Positions 8,470-18,029 of a stretch of DNA of 64,000 bases are shown one piece after another. Source of the stretch: an uncultured Mycoplasmatota bacterium. GTDB taxonomy: Bacteria > Bacillota_I > Bacilli_A > RF39 > UBA660. The notes below the pieces were generated by a model, which saw only the letters and a list, made by a program, of their open reading frames with translations, searched no databases and was not told the DNA's origin. Numbering within the stretch: position 1 is the stretch's first letter; every line of letters starts with the position of its first letter. The stretch lies in NCBI GenBank assembly GCA_948466395.1, contig CAOKAG010000001.1, positions 14,584-78,583 on the forward strand, in the 5' to 3' direction. A program made the position numbers and the translations under genes.

Positions 8470-9153
8470 CTAATTTATATACTCCCATATTTTATTGTAC
8501 TGTTTTAATTGTTCGTTTTTTTTAATTTGAGCAACGGGGTGATATAAAGGGATTATAACATAATTTTCAATTTTAATTATAGATGTTTCAATGGTTTCTT
8601 TTAAATTTTTTTTTATTTTAAAATTATATATTTTTGACAAGGCGACTAATGGATAATAACCTAATGGAACTAAAACAATCGGTTTTACAATGTCTATTTG
8701 TTTTTTTAAATAGTCACAACAGTTTAGGGTAGATTGTTTTAAATTTATATTGTTACCACGATAACTTACCCCTTGCCTTGCACACATAATAGCATTCGTT
8801 ATAAAAGCTTCTTGTAACGTATGTTTCCCATTTGAAGATTGCTCTATATTCTTTTCTAATAATTTTTTGGTATGGCTTTTTTCAGATTCGATTAATTCTT
8901 TCCAATTGCTTTTATCAGGAAGAAGTTTTTTGTTTAATTCGTTCATATCTATGAAAGGTCCCCAATCTTGACCAATAATCATGACTTTACTGTTTAAATG
9001 TTGAAACCAATCGGTCCAAATAGAAGGAATGTTTTTGGCAAAAGTTAAATCTTTATATAGATTGATTAAATTTTTTTCTTTACAATTGTATTGCATACAT
9101 TTTTGACACGTTTTTAATTGCTTTAGCAAGACTTCAAATTGTTCTTTTTTCAT
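8470..9153 (-). CDS. Uracil-DNA glycosylase superfamily protein, a family-4-like variant
   Basis: N-terminal CQKCMQYNC cluster and IIGQDWGP where UDG4 has VGEAPG; C-terminal YHP where UDGs have HPSP. Confidence 0.5.
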   Translation of the reverse strand: MKKEQFEVLLKQLKTCQKCMQYNCKEKNLINLYKDLTFAKNIPSIWTDWFQHLNSKVMIIGQDWGPFIDMNELNKKLLPDKSNWKELIESEKSHTKKLLEKNIEQSSNGKHTLQEAFITNAIMCARQGVSYRGNNINLKQSTLNCCDYLKKQIDIVKPIVLVPLGYYPLVALSKIYNFKIKKNLKETIETSIIKIENYVIIPLYHPVAQIKKNEQLKQYNKIWEYIN

Positions 9154-9201
9154 TTTGACTTTTACTTTCTATAATCCACTGAATATCTTCGATGGCTTTA
9201 T

Positions 9202-9804
9202 TTAAATTAAACCTTCCATTTCCAACAGGATAAAATACTGAATAAAAGGTATACTTTTTTTATTTATTTCTTTTATAAATTCTTTTCTTCTAACTTTTGA
9301 GACAGCGATTTTTTCTTTTAAAATTAAAGAACTAACTTGATTACCAAATAATAAAATAATTTTAGGAGCAACTATCTCAATTTCTCTGAATAATAATTTC
9401 AAGTATTTTTTATAAATACTATCGGGAAGGGGTCGAGCGTCTATTTGGGTACATTTTCCTAAATTAGTTATAAAAACTTTATGTTTTTCTACATCCTCAT
9501 AAACCCTTTTTGCAAATTTAACGTCCCATTCCTGTCCTTTTCTAATTTTAATTTCTTTATAAATGTCTTCACTTAATAAATTCAATGAAAAAAATAAATC
9601 CCAACTCTTTTTTGTGCCTAACCAAGGGGCTCTAATCCCCTCCCATGTTTTCGATGAAGCGGGATTTTTTCCTGTAGGATTCATAAAAACAAAGCAAAAA
9701 TCTGGATGTTTTAAACATCCTCCATTATAAATAGCGCTTAATTCTTTTGCGCCATATTTTTCTTGTAATTTATCGTATTCTTTATTTAACTCTTCTAGGT
9801 TCAT
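9202..9804 (-). CDS. UDG-superfamily-like protein, SMUG/MUG-type motif
   Basis: FVFMNPTGKNP resembles the GINPG/GMNPG motif-1 of MUG/SMUG. The second motif is unclear, so this is weakly supported. Confidence 0.35.
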   Translation of the reverse strand: MNLEELNKEYDKLQEKYGAKELSAIYNGGCLKHPDFCFVFMNPTGKNPASSKTWEGIRAPWLGTKKSWDLFFSLNLLSEDIYKEIKIRKGQEWDVKFAKRVYEDVEKHKVFITNLGKCTQIDARPLPDSIYKKYLKLLFREIEIVAPKIILLFGNQVSSLILKEKIAVSKVRRKEFIKEINKKSIPFIQYFILLEMEGLI

Positions 9805-9814
9805 CTATTACTCC

Positions 9815-10102
9815 TTATTTTTGTTTTTCTGGGTAATCCTTATCCTTCCAATACCACCATTTTAATTTTTCTTCGTCCCAAGAAGTATGTTCAGCATAAT
9901 AGATGGCCATTCTAAAAAGATACAATTCGCACTTGTCTTCTTTAAATCCTTTGCATTCACAATCTTTTAAATAAAGGTCTTCTGGATTTTGACCGACTAA
10001 ATCTTCTACATAATTTATACCAATATTTTTTAAAGCAAGCTTCGTTCTTTTTCCAACGTTTGGAATGGTTTTTAAATCGGTTTTCATTCGGATTGTCCCC
10101 AT
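9815..10102 (-). CDS. Helix-hairpin-helix DNA-binding protein (Cdd1 / 'pathogenicity locus' family)
   Basis: [33 protein letters not shown] HhH motif. Confidence 0.6.
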   Translation of the reverse strand: MGTIRMKTDLKTIPNVGKRTKLALKNIGINYVEDLVGQNPEDLYLKDCECKGFKEDKCELYLFRMAIYYAEHTSWDEEKLKWWYWKDKDYPEKQK

Positions 10103-10596
10103 TCAATCTCAATTTTTTTACTCTTTATTGAATTTATTTTTTTATAGGTAATCCCACAAGTGTCAAAGAGTTTTCGAGAAGCAATATTGTTATCACTTTC
10201 TCTATATTTATCACTTAAATAAATGACTTCTTTAATTCCTGATTGAATAATGGCTTTGGCACATTCATTACAAGGAAATAAATCTACATAAATTTTAGAA
10301 CCTTCTAAATCCTTACTACTTCCTCGAAAGTTTAATATTGCGTTCAATTCAGCGTGACAAACATAAAAATATTTTGTTTCTAAAGGGGTCCCTTCTCTTT
10401 CCCAAGGAAAGGTATCATCACTGAATCCATTTGGTGTTCCATTATACCCGATGGACAAAATGCGATTGTCTTTTCCAACTATGCAAGCTCCTACTTGAGT
10501 TTTGGGGTCTTTACTACGCATGGCTGATAGTTTTGCTATGCCCATAAAATATTCGTCCCAAGATAAATAATTTTCTCTTTTTTTACTTTTTATCAT
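10084..10596 (-). CDS. comEB: dCMP (deoxycytidylate) deaminase, ComEB type
   Basis: Zinc-binding HAELNAI and PCNECAK motifs. Confidence 0.85.
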   Translation of the reverse strand: MIKSKKRENYLSWDEYFMGIAKLSAMRSKDPKTQVGACIVGKDNRILSIGYNGTPNGFSDDTFPWEREGTPLETKYFYVCHAELNAILNFRGSSKDLEGSKIYVDLFPCNECAKAIIQSGIKEVIYLSDKYRESDNNIASRKLFDTCGITYKKINSIKSKKIEIEWGQSE

Positions 10597-11087
10597 TTTT
10601 CTACCTTTCCAAAACGGCTAAAAGGAAAGATTATAAAATCAGCGGTACCTTTAATTTGATTTTTTTTAATAGGACCAATATAACGACTGTCTAATGAAAC
10701 GGCACGATTGTCTCCTAAAATAAAATATTCATCTTCTTCTAAGGTTATTTTTTCAAAATCACTGTTTTCACCATAAGCGTAAGCATCTTCTATTTTTTTA
10801 TCATTAATATAAATCGTATTGTTTTCGATAGAAATAGTTTCACCTGGAAGACCATAGATTCTTTTGATTAATTCATCATTATTGGCTTTTACAACTACAA
10901 TATCAAAACGTTCTATTTTACTCATTTTATTTAGGAGCATGTATTCGGTTCCTTCTAAAGTATCGTACATGGATTGGCCATTGACCTTTATTGGGGTAAT
11001 AAAGAAGGTTCTAATGGTTAAAACAACTATTAATATTAAAATGTATGGACCTAATTCTTTAATATTTTTTTTTATTTTTTCTTTCAT
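10593..11087 (-). CDS. lepB: Signal peptidase I
   Basis: N-terminal [10 protein letters not shown] Ser box, GDNR..S.DSR box; follows rplS as in many Firmicutes. Confidence 0.85.
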   Translation of the reverse strand: MKEKIKKNIKELGPYILILIVVLTIRTFFITPIKVNGQSMYDTLEGTEYMLLNKMSKIERFDIVVVKANNDELIKRIYGLPGETISIENNTIYINDKKIEDAYAYGENSDFEKITLEEDEYFILGDNRAVSLDSRYIGPIKKNQIKGTADFIIFPFSRFGKVEK

Positions 11088-11127
11088 TTTATCCGCTCTT
11101 TTCTTTATTTATTATACAAAAAAATAA

Positions 11128-11190
11128 TGAAAAAAAGAAGTCATACTTCTTCATTTTCAAATAAAAAAAGATGTTTTAAGCGACATCTTT
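11128..11190 (-). terminator. Tandem Rho-independent terminators after rplS
   Basis: Hairpin AGATGT-cgcttaaa-ACATCT overlaps the stop codon and is followed by TTTTTTTATTT; a second hairpin AAGAAGT-atg-ACTTCTT plus a T-run follows. Confidence 0.6.
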
Positions 11191-11538
11191 TGCACTAGCG
11201 TTTCTTTCTTTAACTTTATATTCTTTACGCATATTTTTAATAAAGTTAAGTTTTGCACGGCGAACCATGCCTCTTTTCACCACTGTAATTTTATCAATCG
11301 TCGGTGCATTAATAGGAAAAACTCTTACTACTCCAACACTTCCTGATTTTTTACGTACTGAAAAAGTTTCAGATACTCCAGAACCTTTTTTAGCAATAAC
11401 AATTCCTTCAAAAGCTTGGATTCTTTCTTTTTTTCCTTCAATAACTTTAACGTCTACTCTTACAATGTCTCCAACACGAAATTCTGGAACATCGGTTCTC
11501 ATGTGGCGTTTGTTAATTTTGTCTACTAAATTAGCCAT
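11176..11538 (-). CDS. rplS: 50S ribosomal protein L19
   Basis: MANLVDKINKRHMRTDVPEFRVGDIVRVDVKVIEGKKERIQAFEG matches L19 over its full length. Confidence 0.95.
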   Translation of the reverse strand: MANLVDKINKRHMRTDVPEFRVGDIVRVDVKVIEGKKERIQAFEGIVIAKKGSGVSETFSVRKKSGSVGVVRVFPINAPTIDKITVVKRGMVRRAKLNFIKNMRKEYKVKERNASAKDVA

Positions 11539-11689
11539 ATTTTTTCCTTTCTAACTTTTCTTCTGTAATCATTAACGATTTATTTAAGCGGATTACATGC
11601 CTTGCTTTTTTAAAGCACTTCGATTATATCAGAAAATTGAAAAAATTGCAAATTATTTTGACGAATGATTTTAAAGGCTCCCTTAAACT

Positions 11690-12610
11690 TTAACCCATTA
11701 CGTCTCCACCATTGTTGTGAATGACTTGTCCTGTTACATAACTTGAGTCTTCTGATGCTAAAAAGACAAAGGTTGGAGCAAGTTCATAAGGCATCGCTCC
11801 TCTTGCCATAGCGGCGTTACTTCCTAAAGATGGAATCTTTTCTTTTACCCAACATGCTGGTTGTAATGGTGTCCAAAAGAAACCTGGAGCAATGGCGTTG
11901 ACACGGATATTTTTTAAAGCTAAATTTCTAGCTAAAGCTCTTGTAAATCCAACAATCGCTCCTTTTGTAGTAACATAGTCAATCAATTGTGGTTCTCCAT
12001 AAAAAGTGGTGATTGAAGATAGATTAATGATGGAAGCTCCTGATTTTAAGTAAGGAAGAACGGCTTTTGTTAAATAAAACATGCCATAAACATTTACTTT
12101 CATGGTCCAATCAAATTGTTCATCGCTTATTTTATCTAACGTATCTTGTTGGTATTGGACACCCGCATTATTGACTAAAATATCAATTTTTCCAAAGTTT
12201 TCTAATGTCTTAGATACAATTTCTTCACTAAAACTTTTTTTTGTTAGATCCCCACTTAATAAAAGACAAATACCACCTAGTTTTTCGATGTATTCTTTTG
12301 TATACAAAGCATCTTCATGTTCGTTGTAGTAAGGTATGACTAAAGAAGCCCCTTCTTTGGCAAAAGCAATGGCCGCGGCTCTTCCAAGACCACTATCTCC
12401 TCCTGTTATAATGGCCACTTTTCCTTTAAGTTTTCCACTTCCTTTGTAATTAGGATTATCAAAAATAGGTAATGGCTTCATTAAGTATTCTTTGCCTGGT
12501 TGTTCTTTTTGTTCTTGTTCAGGAGCTAAAATATCATAAACGGTACTTTTTACTCCTTTTTTATCATAATAATTAAAATACTGATTGCCAAAACGATAAT
12601 CAAATTTCAT
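11690..12610 (-). CDS. SDR-family NAD(P)-dependent oxidoreductase (YhdF/YhxC-like)
   Basis: TGGDSGLGRA glycine-rich motif, NNAG, catalytic YxxxK. Confidence 0.8.
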   Translation of the reverse strand: MKFDYRFGNQYFNYYDKKGVKSTVYDILAPEQEQKEQPGKEYLMKPLPIFDNPNYKGSGKLKGKVAIITGGDSGLGRAAAIAFAKEGASLVIPYYNEHEDALYTKEYIEKLGGICLLLSGDLTKKSFSEEIVSKTLENFGKIDILVNNAGVQYQQDTLDKISDEQFDWTMKVNVYGMFYLTKAVLPYLKSGASIINLSSITTFYGEPQLIDYVTTKGAIVGFTRALARNLALKNIRVNAIAPGFFWTPLQPACWVKEKIPSLGSNAAMARGAMPYELAPTFVFLASEDSSYVTGQVIHNNGGDVMG

Positions 12611-12665
12611 GTGTTTTCACCTCTAGTAAAAAATTATGATTCAGCGTTCATGATTATTTATAAAC

Positions 12666-14555
12666 TTAAAATTTTTTTAATAGAACACGACCAATTCCAT
12701 CCTCATTATTGGATAAAGTTACTTCATTAGCGTGTTCTTTTACCACATCTAAGGCGTTTCCCATGGCAACACTATAAACTGGACTATCCATTAAAGGTAA
12801 ATCGTTTAAACCATCCCCAAAAAAAATCATTTCTTCCATTTCTATTTCTAATTTTTTTCCTAATTCTTCTAAAACCGTTCGTTTATTAATGCCTTTTGGA
12901 TTAATGACAAGCCAAGAATGTGTATTCGTTGCTTGCATAACAAAAACATTTAATTTAGGATACTCTTTTTTTAATTCTTCCTCTACTTTAAAAACATTCT
13001 CCTCATCTTTAAAAAAGACATTCATTCTGGCTATCTCTTCCGTTACTTCTTCTACTGACTCGACGTCTATAAGAAAAGAAAGAGGACTATTTTTCTTATT
13101 TTTATATATGTAATAATTGTTTGCTCCAACAAAATCAATTTGCGTGACCAAATTTTCATATTTTTTGATGAGATACGTCGTTTCTTCTTTTGTAATTTTT
13201 CCTATCATTTTTATTTTCTCATTTTTATTATCATAAAGCGTTGCACCATTATTTAATATTAAATAATCAAACAGCTCTTTTGGCACAACGTCTAGGGCAC
13301 TTTGTAACGTTCTTGCAGTCACGCCAATAATAAAAACGCCCTTTTCTTTACATTTTAATAAAGCTTTTTTCGTTTCTAGTGTGACTTCATGATTATCGTT
13401 TAATAAAGTATCATCTAAATCCAAAGCTATCAATTTGTATTTTTTCTTACAATCGTAAAGAATGAAAGGAACTAAGATTTCATCTTCTGTTATCCCAGCA
13501 TGCATTGATTTTAAATCTACGGAATTTTCATTATATCGAAAATATTTATTATGAGTCGCAATGGCTAAAAAATCTCCTAAAGACTCATCAAATCTTAGAT
13601 GTTCTTTTCCTCTTCCAAATAAGCTTTCTTTTTTCACTTGCTCTTTACTATATAAAAGAAAATCTTCTTTAAAATATTGATGAAACAAAGTTTTAAATTT
13701 TTCTTGTTCTCCATCTTTAATAAAGAAGTTACAAGCTCGCCCTTCTATGGAAAGGTCTCGTTTTAATAATGAAAATAAGTCTTTGTATTCACTTAAAGTA
13801 ATGGCTTCACTGTTAATGTGACCATGATCAGCAACGACAATGACTAAACTTTCTTCTAATTCTCGACATAATTTTTCGGTACTTTTATTAATCGTTTGTA
13901 ACCATTCTTTTATTTTAGGGGAATCTGTCCCTACTTCATGCAAAGTGTGGTCTGGTTCATCGTAATAAGCATAAATAAATTTCTTGCCTTCTTCTTTGGA
14001 ATAATTTAAAATCCTTTCGTTCATTTCTTCTAAACTGTGAAACGCCTTTTCATGAAAAGGCATAAGTTGATAGGCTTTGTGTTTTTGATTAATTAATTCA
14101 ATGATAGAAGAATAGGGATAGTACTTTTGGGCTAGGGTTACCTCTCCCCCAACTTTAATTTCCGTGTCTTTTAAAGTATTTAAAAACAGGGTGACAATTT
14201 TATCTTCTTCTTTAAAATATAAGTCCCAGCCAAGCCATCCATGTTCACTTGGATTTAAACCAGATAAGACACTTGTTGTTGCGGCGGTCGTTGTTGCGGG
14301 AAAGACAGAGTGAATGTCTTTTATTTTTTGTTTTCTTAGAAAATGATTGGGCTCTAAATGTTTTGATAATAAATTTGACCCCATCCCATCATAAAGAATA
14401 AGAATTATATTTTTATAATCTTGACCCGATAACACGTCTTCTAATTCTTTTAAAGGTTCATGATAGGTTTTACAATCAAAATATTTTAAAATGGCATTTG
14501 CAACATTTGTTAATCCATCCTCATAATTAGGAAATAAAGTTTTCATACATAACAA
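12666..14555 (-). CDS. Fusion protein with an N-terminal alkaline-phosphatase-superfamily phosphodiesterase/nucleotide-pyrophosphatase domain and a C-terminal Cof-type HAD-IIB phosphatase domain
   Basis: ILILYDGMGSN...FPATTTAATTSVLSGLNPSEHGW (NPP-like Thr nucleophile region); C-terminal half has KLIALDLDDTLL...GINK...GDGLNDLPLM HAD motifs. Confidence 0.7.
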   Translation of the reverse strand: MLCMKTLFPNYEDGLTNVANAILKYFDCKTYHEPLKELEDVLSGQDYKNIILILYDGMGSNLLSKHLEPNHFLRKQKIKDIHSVFPATTTAATTSVLSGLNPSEHGWLGWDLYFKEEDKIVTLFLNTLKDTEIKVGGEVTLAQKYYPYSSIIELINQKHKAYQLMPFHEKAFHSLEEMNERILNYSKEEGKKFIYAYYDEPDHTLHEVGTDSPKIKEWLQTINKSTEKLCRELEESLVIVVADHGHINSEAITLSEYKDLFSLLKRDLSIEGRACNFFIKDGEQEKFKTLFHQYFKEDFLLYSKEQVKKESLFGRGKEHLRFDESLGDFLAIATHNKYFRYNENSVDLKSMHAGITEDEILVPFILYDCKKKYKLIALDLDDTLLNDNHEVTLETKKALLKCKEKGVFIIGVTARTLQSALDVVPKELFDYLILNNGATLYDNKNEKIKMIGKITKEETTYLIKKYENLVTQIDFVGANNYYIYKNKKNSPLSFLIDVESVEEVTEEIARMNVFFKDEENVFKVEEELKKEYPKLNVFVMQATNTHSWLVINPKGINKRTVLEELGKKLEIEMEEMIFFGDGLNDLPLMDSPVYSVAMGNALDVVKEHANEVTLSNNEDGIGRVLLKKF

Positions 14556-14587
14556 CCTTTCTTTTTAATTTTAGTATAACTTAATTT

Positions 14588-16102
14588 TCAAAGCATTTCT
14601 ATCTTTATTTTTAAATTTTTTTCCATTTTTCTTAAAGCGTTTTCAATTTGTTCTTTTAAAGCGATATTAAATTCTTTATGTGATTCGATTTTATCTTTGT
14701 ATTCTAAAACTTTTTCTTTTTCTAAAGGTTCTTTCTTTTCTAAATATTTCTGATAGTGATCATAGAAAAGTTCAACGCTTGCTTTTAAAATTCCATGTTT
14801 AGAAGCTTTTTCTAAGTATTCTCTATATTTTATTTTATCTTCATTTATTAAACCTTCGATATTGCCATTTTTATAATAATATAGGGCTAAGTTATAATAC
14901 GCGTAGTAACAAATATGTTTGTAGTCACTTGTTAAAGCTTCGGTATAATAATTGAAAGCTTTTTGATTATCTTTTTCAATGATTCCTTTACGGTAGTATT
15001 CTCCTACTTGATTGCAAGCCCAACTTTCTCCTAAATTGGCACTTTTTAGAAAGTAATTAAAGGCTTCTTTAACGTTCTTTTCTTTTTCCAGTATTTTACC
15101 TAAGTTATTGCAAGCGTATACACATTCTTTTGAAGCTGCTTCTTTAAAATGTGTTTTGGCTTTTTCTAAGTTTTTTTCGACATAAATACCCTTTAAATAC
15201 ATGAGACCTATAGAGTTGATTGCGGCAACACTCCCTAAATCCATGGCTTTCTTTAAATAGTGGTAAGCTTCCTCTTCTTGGTTTTCACCTATTTTCTTTT
15301 TCAAATACATATTTCCAATGGTGTATAAAGCCCCCGCATGATGACTTTCGGCGGCAACGGATAAATAACGATACGCTTCCACATATCTTGGCTTTCCAGT
15401 AATTAAACCATTGTATTCTTTGATTCCCATTTCATAACTGGCATAGACGTTTCCATCACTGGCTAGTTTTTTCAAGGTAAAATCATGATTCACGTTTCCA
15501 TTTAAAGTTAAGAGTAAATACTCTTCTAATCCTTTGTAACTCAAGCAAGAGTCTTGTAATAGAGCTTCGATTTTTGTTTTTTGACGTTCTTTTTCGTATA
15601 AAGGTTGTTTGTTTTGTAAAACAGCATAGAAGACACATTCGATAAAGATGTCGTAATAGTTTTTTTCACTTAATGCCTCTTTTAATTTATTTTTTAAGTC
15701 ATAAGAACAATTTTGATCGTTTTTACTTAAGTTATAGAAGCGCACACTTAAATTTTGAAAGCTTTTGTTTTGATTTATTTCTTCTATTGAAAGGTCTTCA
15801 AAAAGCCTTCCTTCTAAAATATGAAGACAGTTTAAAGCCATACTTTTTATATTTTCTTTCTTTTTTTCATACTTTTTCTGTTTATGAATTATGATTTGTT
15901 TGTAAGCATCCCCTATTGCTCTTACGCCCACACAATAGTTATTAATGGTGGTGTCATTGATGTATTCATCAAATAAGCTATAAAAGATTTCGGATTGTAA
16001 AGCATTCAATTTGCTTTTGCTTTCTTCTTTTATAATTCGAAAGACATTTCCTAAGCTTAAGTACTCTTCGTTATTGTTCATTTTTATATATACTTTGTTC
16101 AT
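14588..16102 (-). CDS. Sel1-repeat (TPR-like) protein
   Basis: Multiple ~36-aa Sel1-type repeats, for example A..Y..A...G...A...LG.MY..G.GVEKN..KA. Confidence 0.65.
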   Translation of the reverse strand: MNKVYIKMNNNEEYLSLGNVFRIIKEESKSKLNALQSEIFYSLFDEYINDTTINNYCVGVRAIGDAYKQIIIHKQKKYEKKKENIKSMALNCLHILEGRLFEDLSIEEINQNKSFQNLSVRFYNLSKNDQNCSYDLKNKLKEALSEKNYYDIFIECVFYAVLQNKQPLYEKERQKTKIEALLQDSCLSYKGLEEYLLLTLNGNVNHDFTLKKLASDGNVYASYEMGIKEYNGLITGKPRYVEAYRYLSVAAESHHAGALYTIGNMYLKKKIGENQEEEAYHYLKKAMDLGSVAAINSIGLMYLKGIYVEKNLEKAKTHFKEAASKECVYACNNLGKILEKEKNVKEAFNYFLKSANLGESWACNQVGEYYRKGIIEKDNQKAFNYYTEALTSDYKHICYYAYYNLALYYYKNGNIEGLINEDKIKYREYLEKASKHGILKASVELFYDHYQKYLEKKEPLEKEKVLEYKDKIESHKEFNIALKEQIENALRKMEKNLKIKIEML

Positions 16103-16230
16103 AGTCCACCTACTAAAACTATATCACAGATTGTGGATTTATAAACTTATTTTTTTAATAAGTGTGGATTTTAAATTCTGTTCTTTTTTGGGTGGTTTGA
16201 ATATGATAATAGCAAAAGGAGTGTAAAAAG

Positions 16231-17484
16231 ATGAAAAAATTTTTAAAAAATTATAAACAAACGGTACTTTTACTTGGCTCTTTAATAGTGGGTTGTATCG
16301 TTGGTTTAGTTTTAAAAGAAAAGGCGACGGTATTCAATCCGTTTGGCGAGCTTTTTATGAATTTGATGTTTGTTTTAATTGTTCCCCTTATTTTTTTGAC
16401 GGTTTGTACTTCAATTGCAAAAATTAAAACCCCTAAAAGATTAGGAAAGCTTTTATCTAGCATTGTTTTTGTGTTTCTTATTACGTCTATTGTTGCTTTG
16501 ATCATCGGCTTAGCGACAACGCTTTTTGTTCCTTTAGTTAAGACAGATTCTTATACGGTGGTGATGGAACAAACTTATGAAACCGAAGACACGGAATTAG
16601 AATTAAATCTATTAGAACGAACAGTGAGTGCGATTAGTACTAATGATTTTTATAAATTACTGTCAAAAGAAAATTTACTTGCACTTGTTTTATTTGCTAT
16701 TTTAGTAGGAGTTGCCATTAATAAAACAGGGAAAGATGGCCAACGCCTTTTAGAGTTTCTAGAGTCAGCAAACACGGTAGTTTTAAAGTTAATTGATTTG
16801 TGCTTTATTTACGCACCAATTGGGCTCGGTTGTTATTTTGCTTCACTTATTGGAACCTACGGTGAATCGATTGCTACAGGTTTCTTAAAAACGTTCGTAA
16901 TTTATCTTATCGTTTCTATTCTTTTCTATTTTATTATTTACAGTTTGTACGCTTACCTTTCAGGTGGAAAAAAAGGATTTAAGCTTTTCTGGAAACATAT
17001 CTTTGCCCCTACTGCCACTTCTATTGCCACCTGTTCTTCTGCGGCTTCGATTCCCATTAATGTCAAAGCTGCAAAAGAAATGGGTATTCCAGATGATATT
17101 GCAGAGACAACGATTCCTTTAGGAACGAGCTTTCATAAAGACGGATCAATTATTGGTAGTGTGTTTAAAATTATGTTTCTGGTTTATTTGTTTCAACTTG
17201 ATATTTATAGTATTGGTACCTTTAGTAAGATTATCACTACTGCTTTCTTAGCTAATTTATTGGTCACGGCTGTACCTGTAGGTGGTGGGACTATTTCTGA
17301 AATGCTTATTTTAACGCTGATGGGTTTTCCTATTTCAGCTCTTCCAATTCTTACTATTATCGCAACGATTATTGATGCCCCCGCTACGATGCTTAATGTG
17401 GTGGGAGATACCTCTTCTTCTATGCTTGTAACTCGTATCCTTCACGGAAAAAATTGGTGTAATCAAAAAAACAGAGAACTTTAA
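16231..17484 (+). CDS. Dicarboxylate/amino-acid:cation symporter (DAACS family, SstT/GltP-like)
   Basis: About 8 TM helices with a reentrant-loop pattern; a C-terminal PIGLG-type region (FASLIGTYG..., TIPLGTSF). Confidence 0.7.
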   Translation: MKKFLKNYKQTVLLLGSLIVGCIVGLVLKEKATVFNPFGELFMNLMFVLIVPLIFLTVCTSIAKIKTPKRLGKLLSSIVFVFLITSIVALIIGLATTLFVPLVKTDSYTVVMEQTYETEDTELELNLLERTVSAISTNDFYKLLSKENLLALVLFAILVGVAINKTGKDGQRLLEFLESANTVVLKLIDLCFIYAPIGLGCYFASLIGTYGESIATGFLKTFVIYLIVSILFYFIIYSLYAYLSGGKKGFKLFWKHIFAPTATSIATCSSAASIPINVKAAKEMGIPDDIAETTIPLGTSFHKDGSIIGSVFKIMFLVYLFQLDIYSIGTFSKIITTAFLANLLVTAVPVGGGTISEMLILTLMGFPISALPILTIIATIIDAPATMLNVVGDTSSSMLVTRILHGKNWCNQKNREL

Positions 17485-17528
17485 TTCTTTGTTTTTTATT
17501 TAACACTATCCTTCCATCAATTATATAT

Positions 17529-18029
17529 TTAATCTTTTAAAGCTTTTCTTAACTCATTTATAAATTCATTTTGTGTTAATTTACTTAAGTCTTTATCAAA
17601 AGCCAAAGGTGTAGATGTTATTTCTTTTCCCATCCAAGATTCTTTTTGATAATTTTCTAGTTCTTCTGTAGTATTAAATTTCACTTCAACACGATTTAAT
17701 CCACTAAATTTTTCAAGATACTTTTTTATTGATACTCGTTTGTCTTTTAAATAAAGATAACTGTCTCTGATAATTTTTTGATTGGCTTGACTCTTTAATG
17801 CTTCAAACTCTTTATTTGAAATCTTTACTTTTTCAATCCATTCATTTTGATCGTTCAGTACTTCTTTTTCTAATATGTTTTCTTTTTTTTGAACTCTTAA
17901 GTTTTCATTAATATAATATCTTTCATAACGAATCGATGGGCTTAGCTCTAATTCATCTAAACTTTTTACAATAAATCTTTTGGTTAATCTCATAAGTTTT
18001 CTCCTATTTTTTATTTGTACCTTTTCCAT
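17529..18029 (-). CDS. CYTH-domain (CyaB/thiamine-triphosphatase-like) protein
   Basis: N-terminal R-LTKRFIV (EIERKFLV-like) and alternating acidic/basic beta-strand pattern; size fits. Confidence 0.45.
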   Translation of the reverse strand: MEKVQIKNRRKLMRLTKRFIVKSLDELELSPSIRYERYYINENLRVQKKENILEKEVLNDQNEWIEKVKISNKEFEALKSQANQKIIRDSYLYLKDKRVSIKKYLEKFSGLNRVEVKFNTTEELENYQKESWMGKEITSTPLAFDKDLSKLTQNEFINELRKALKD

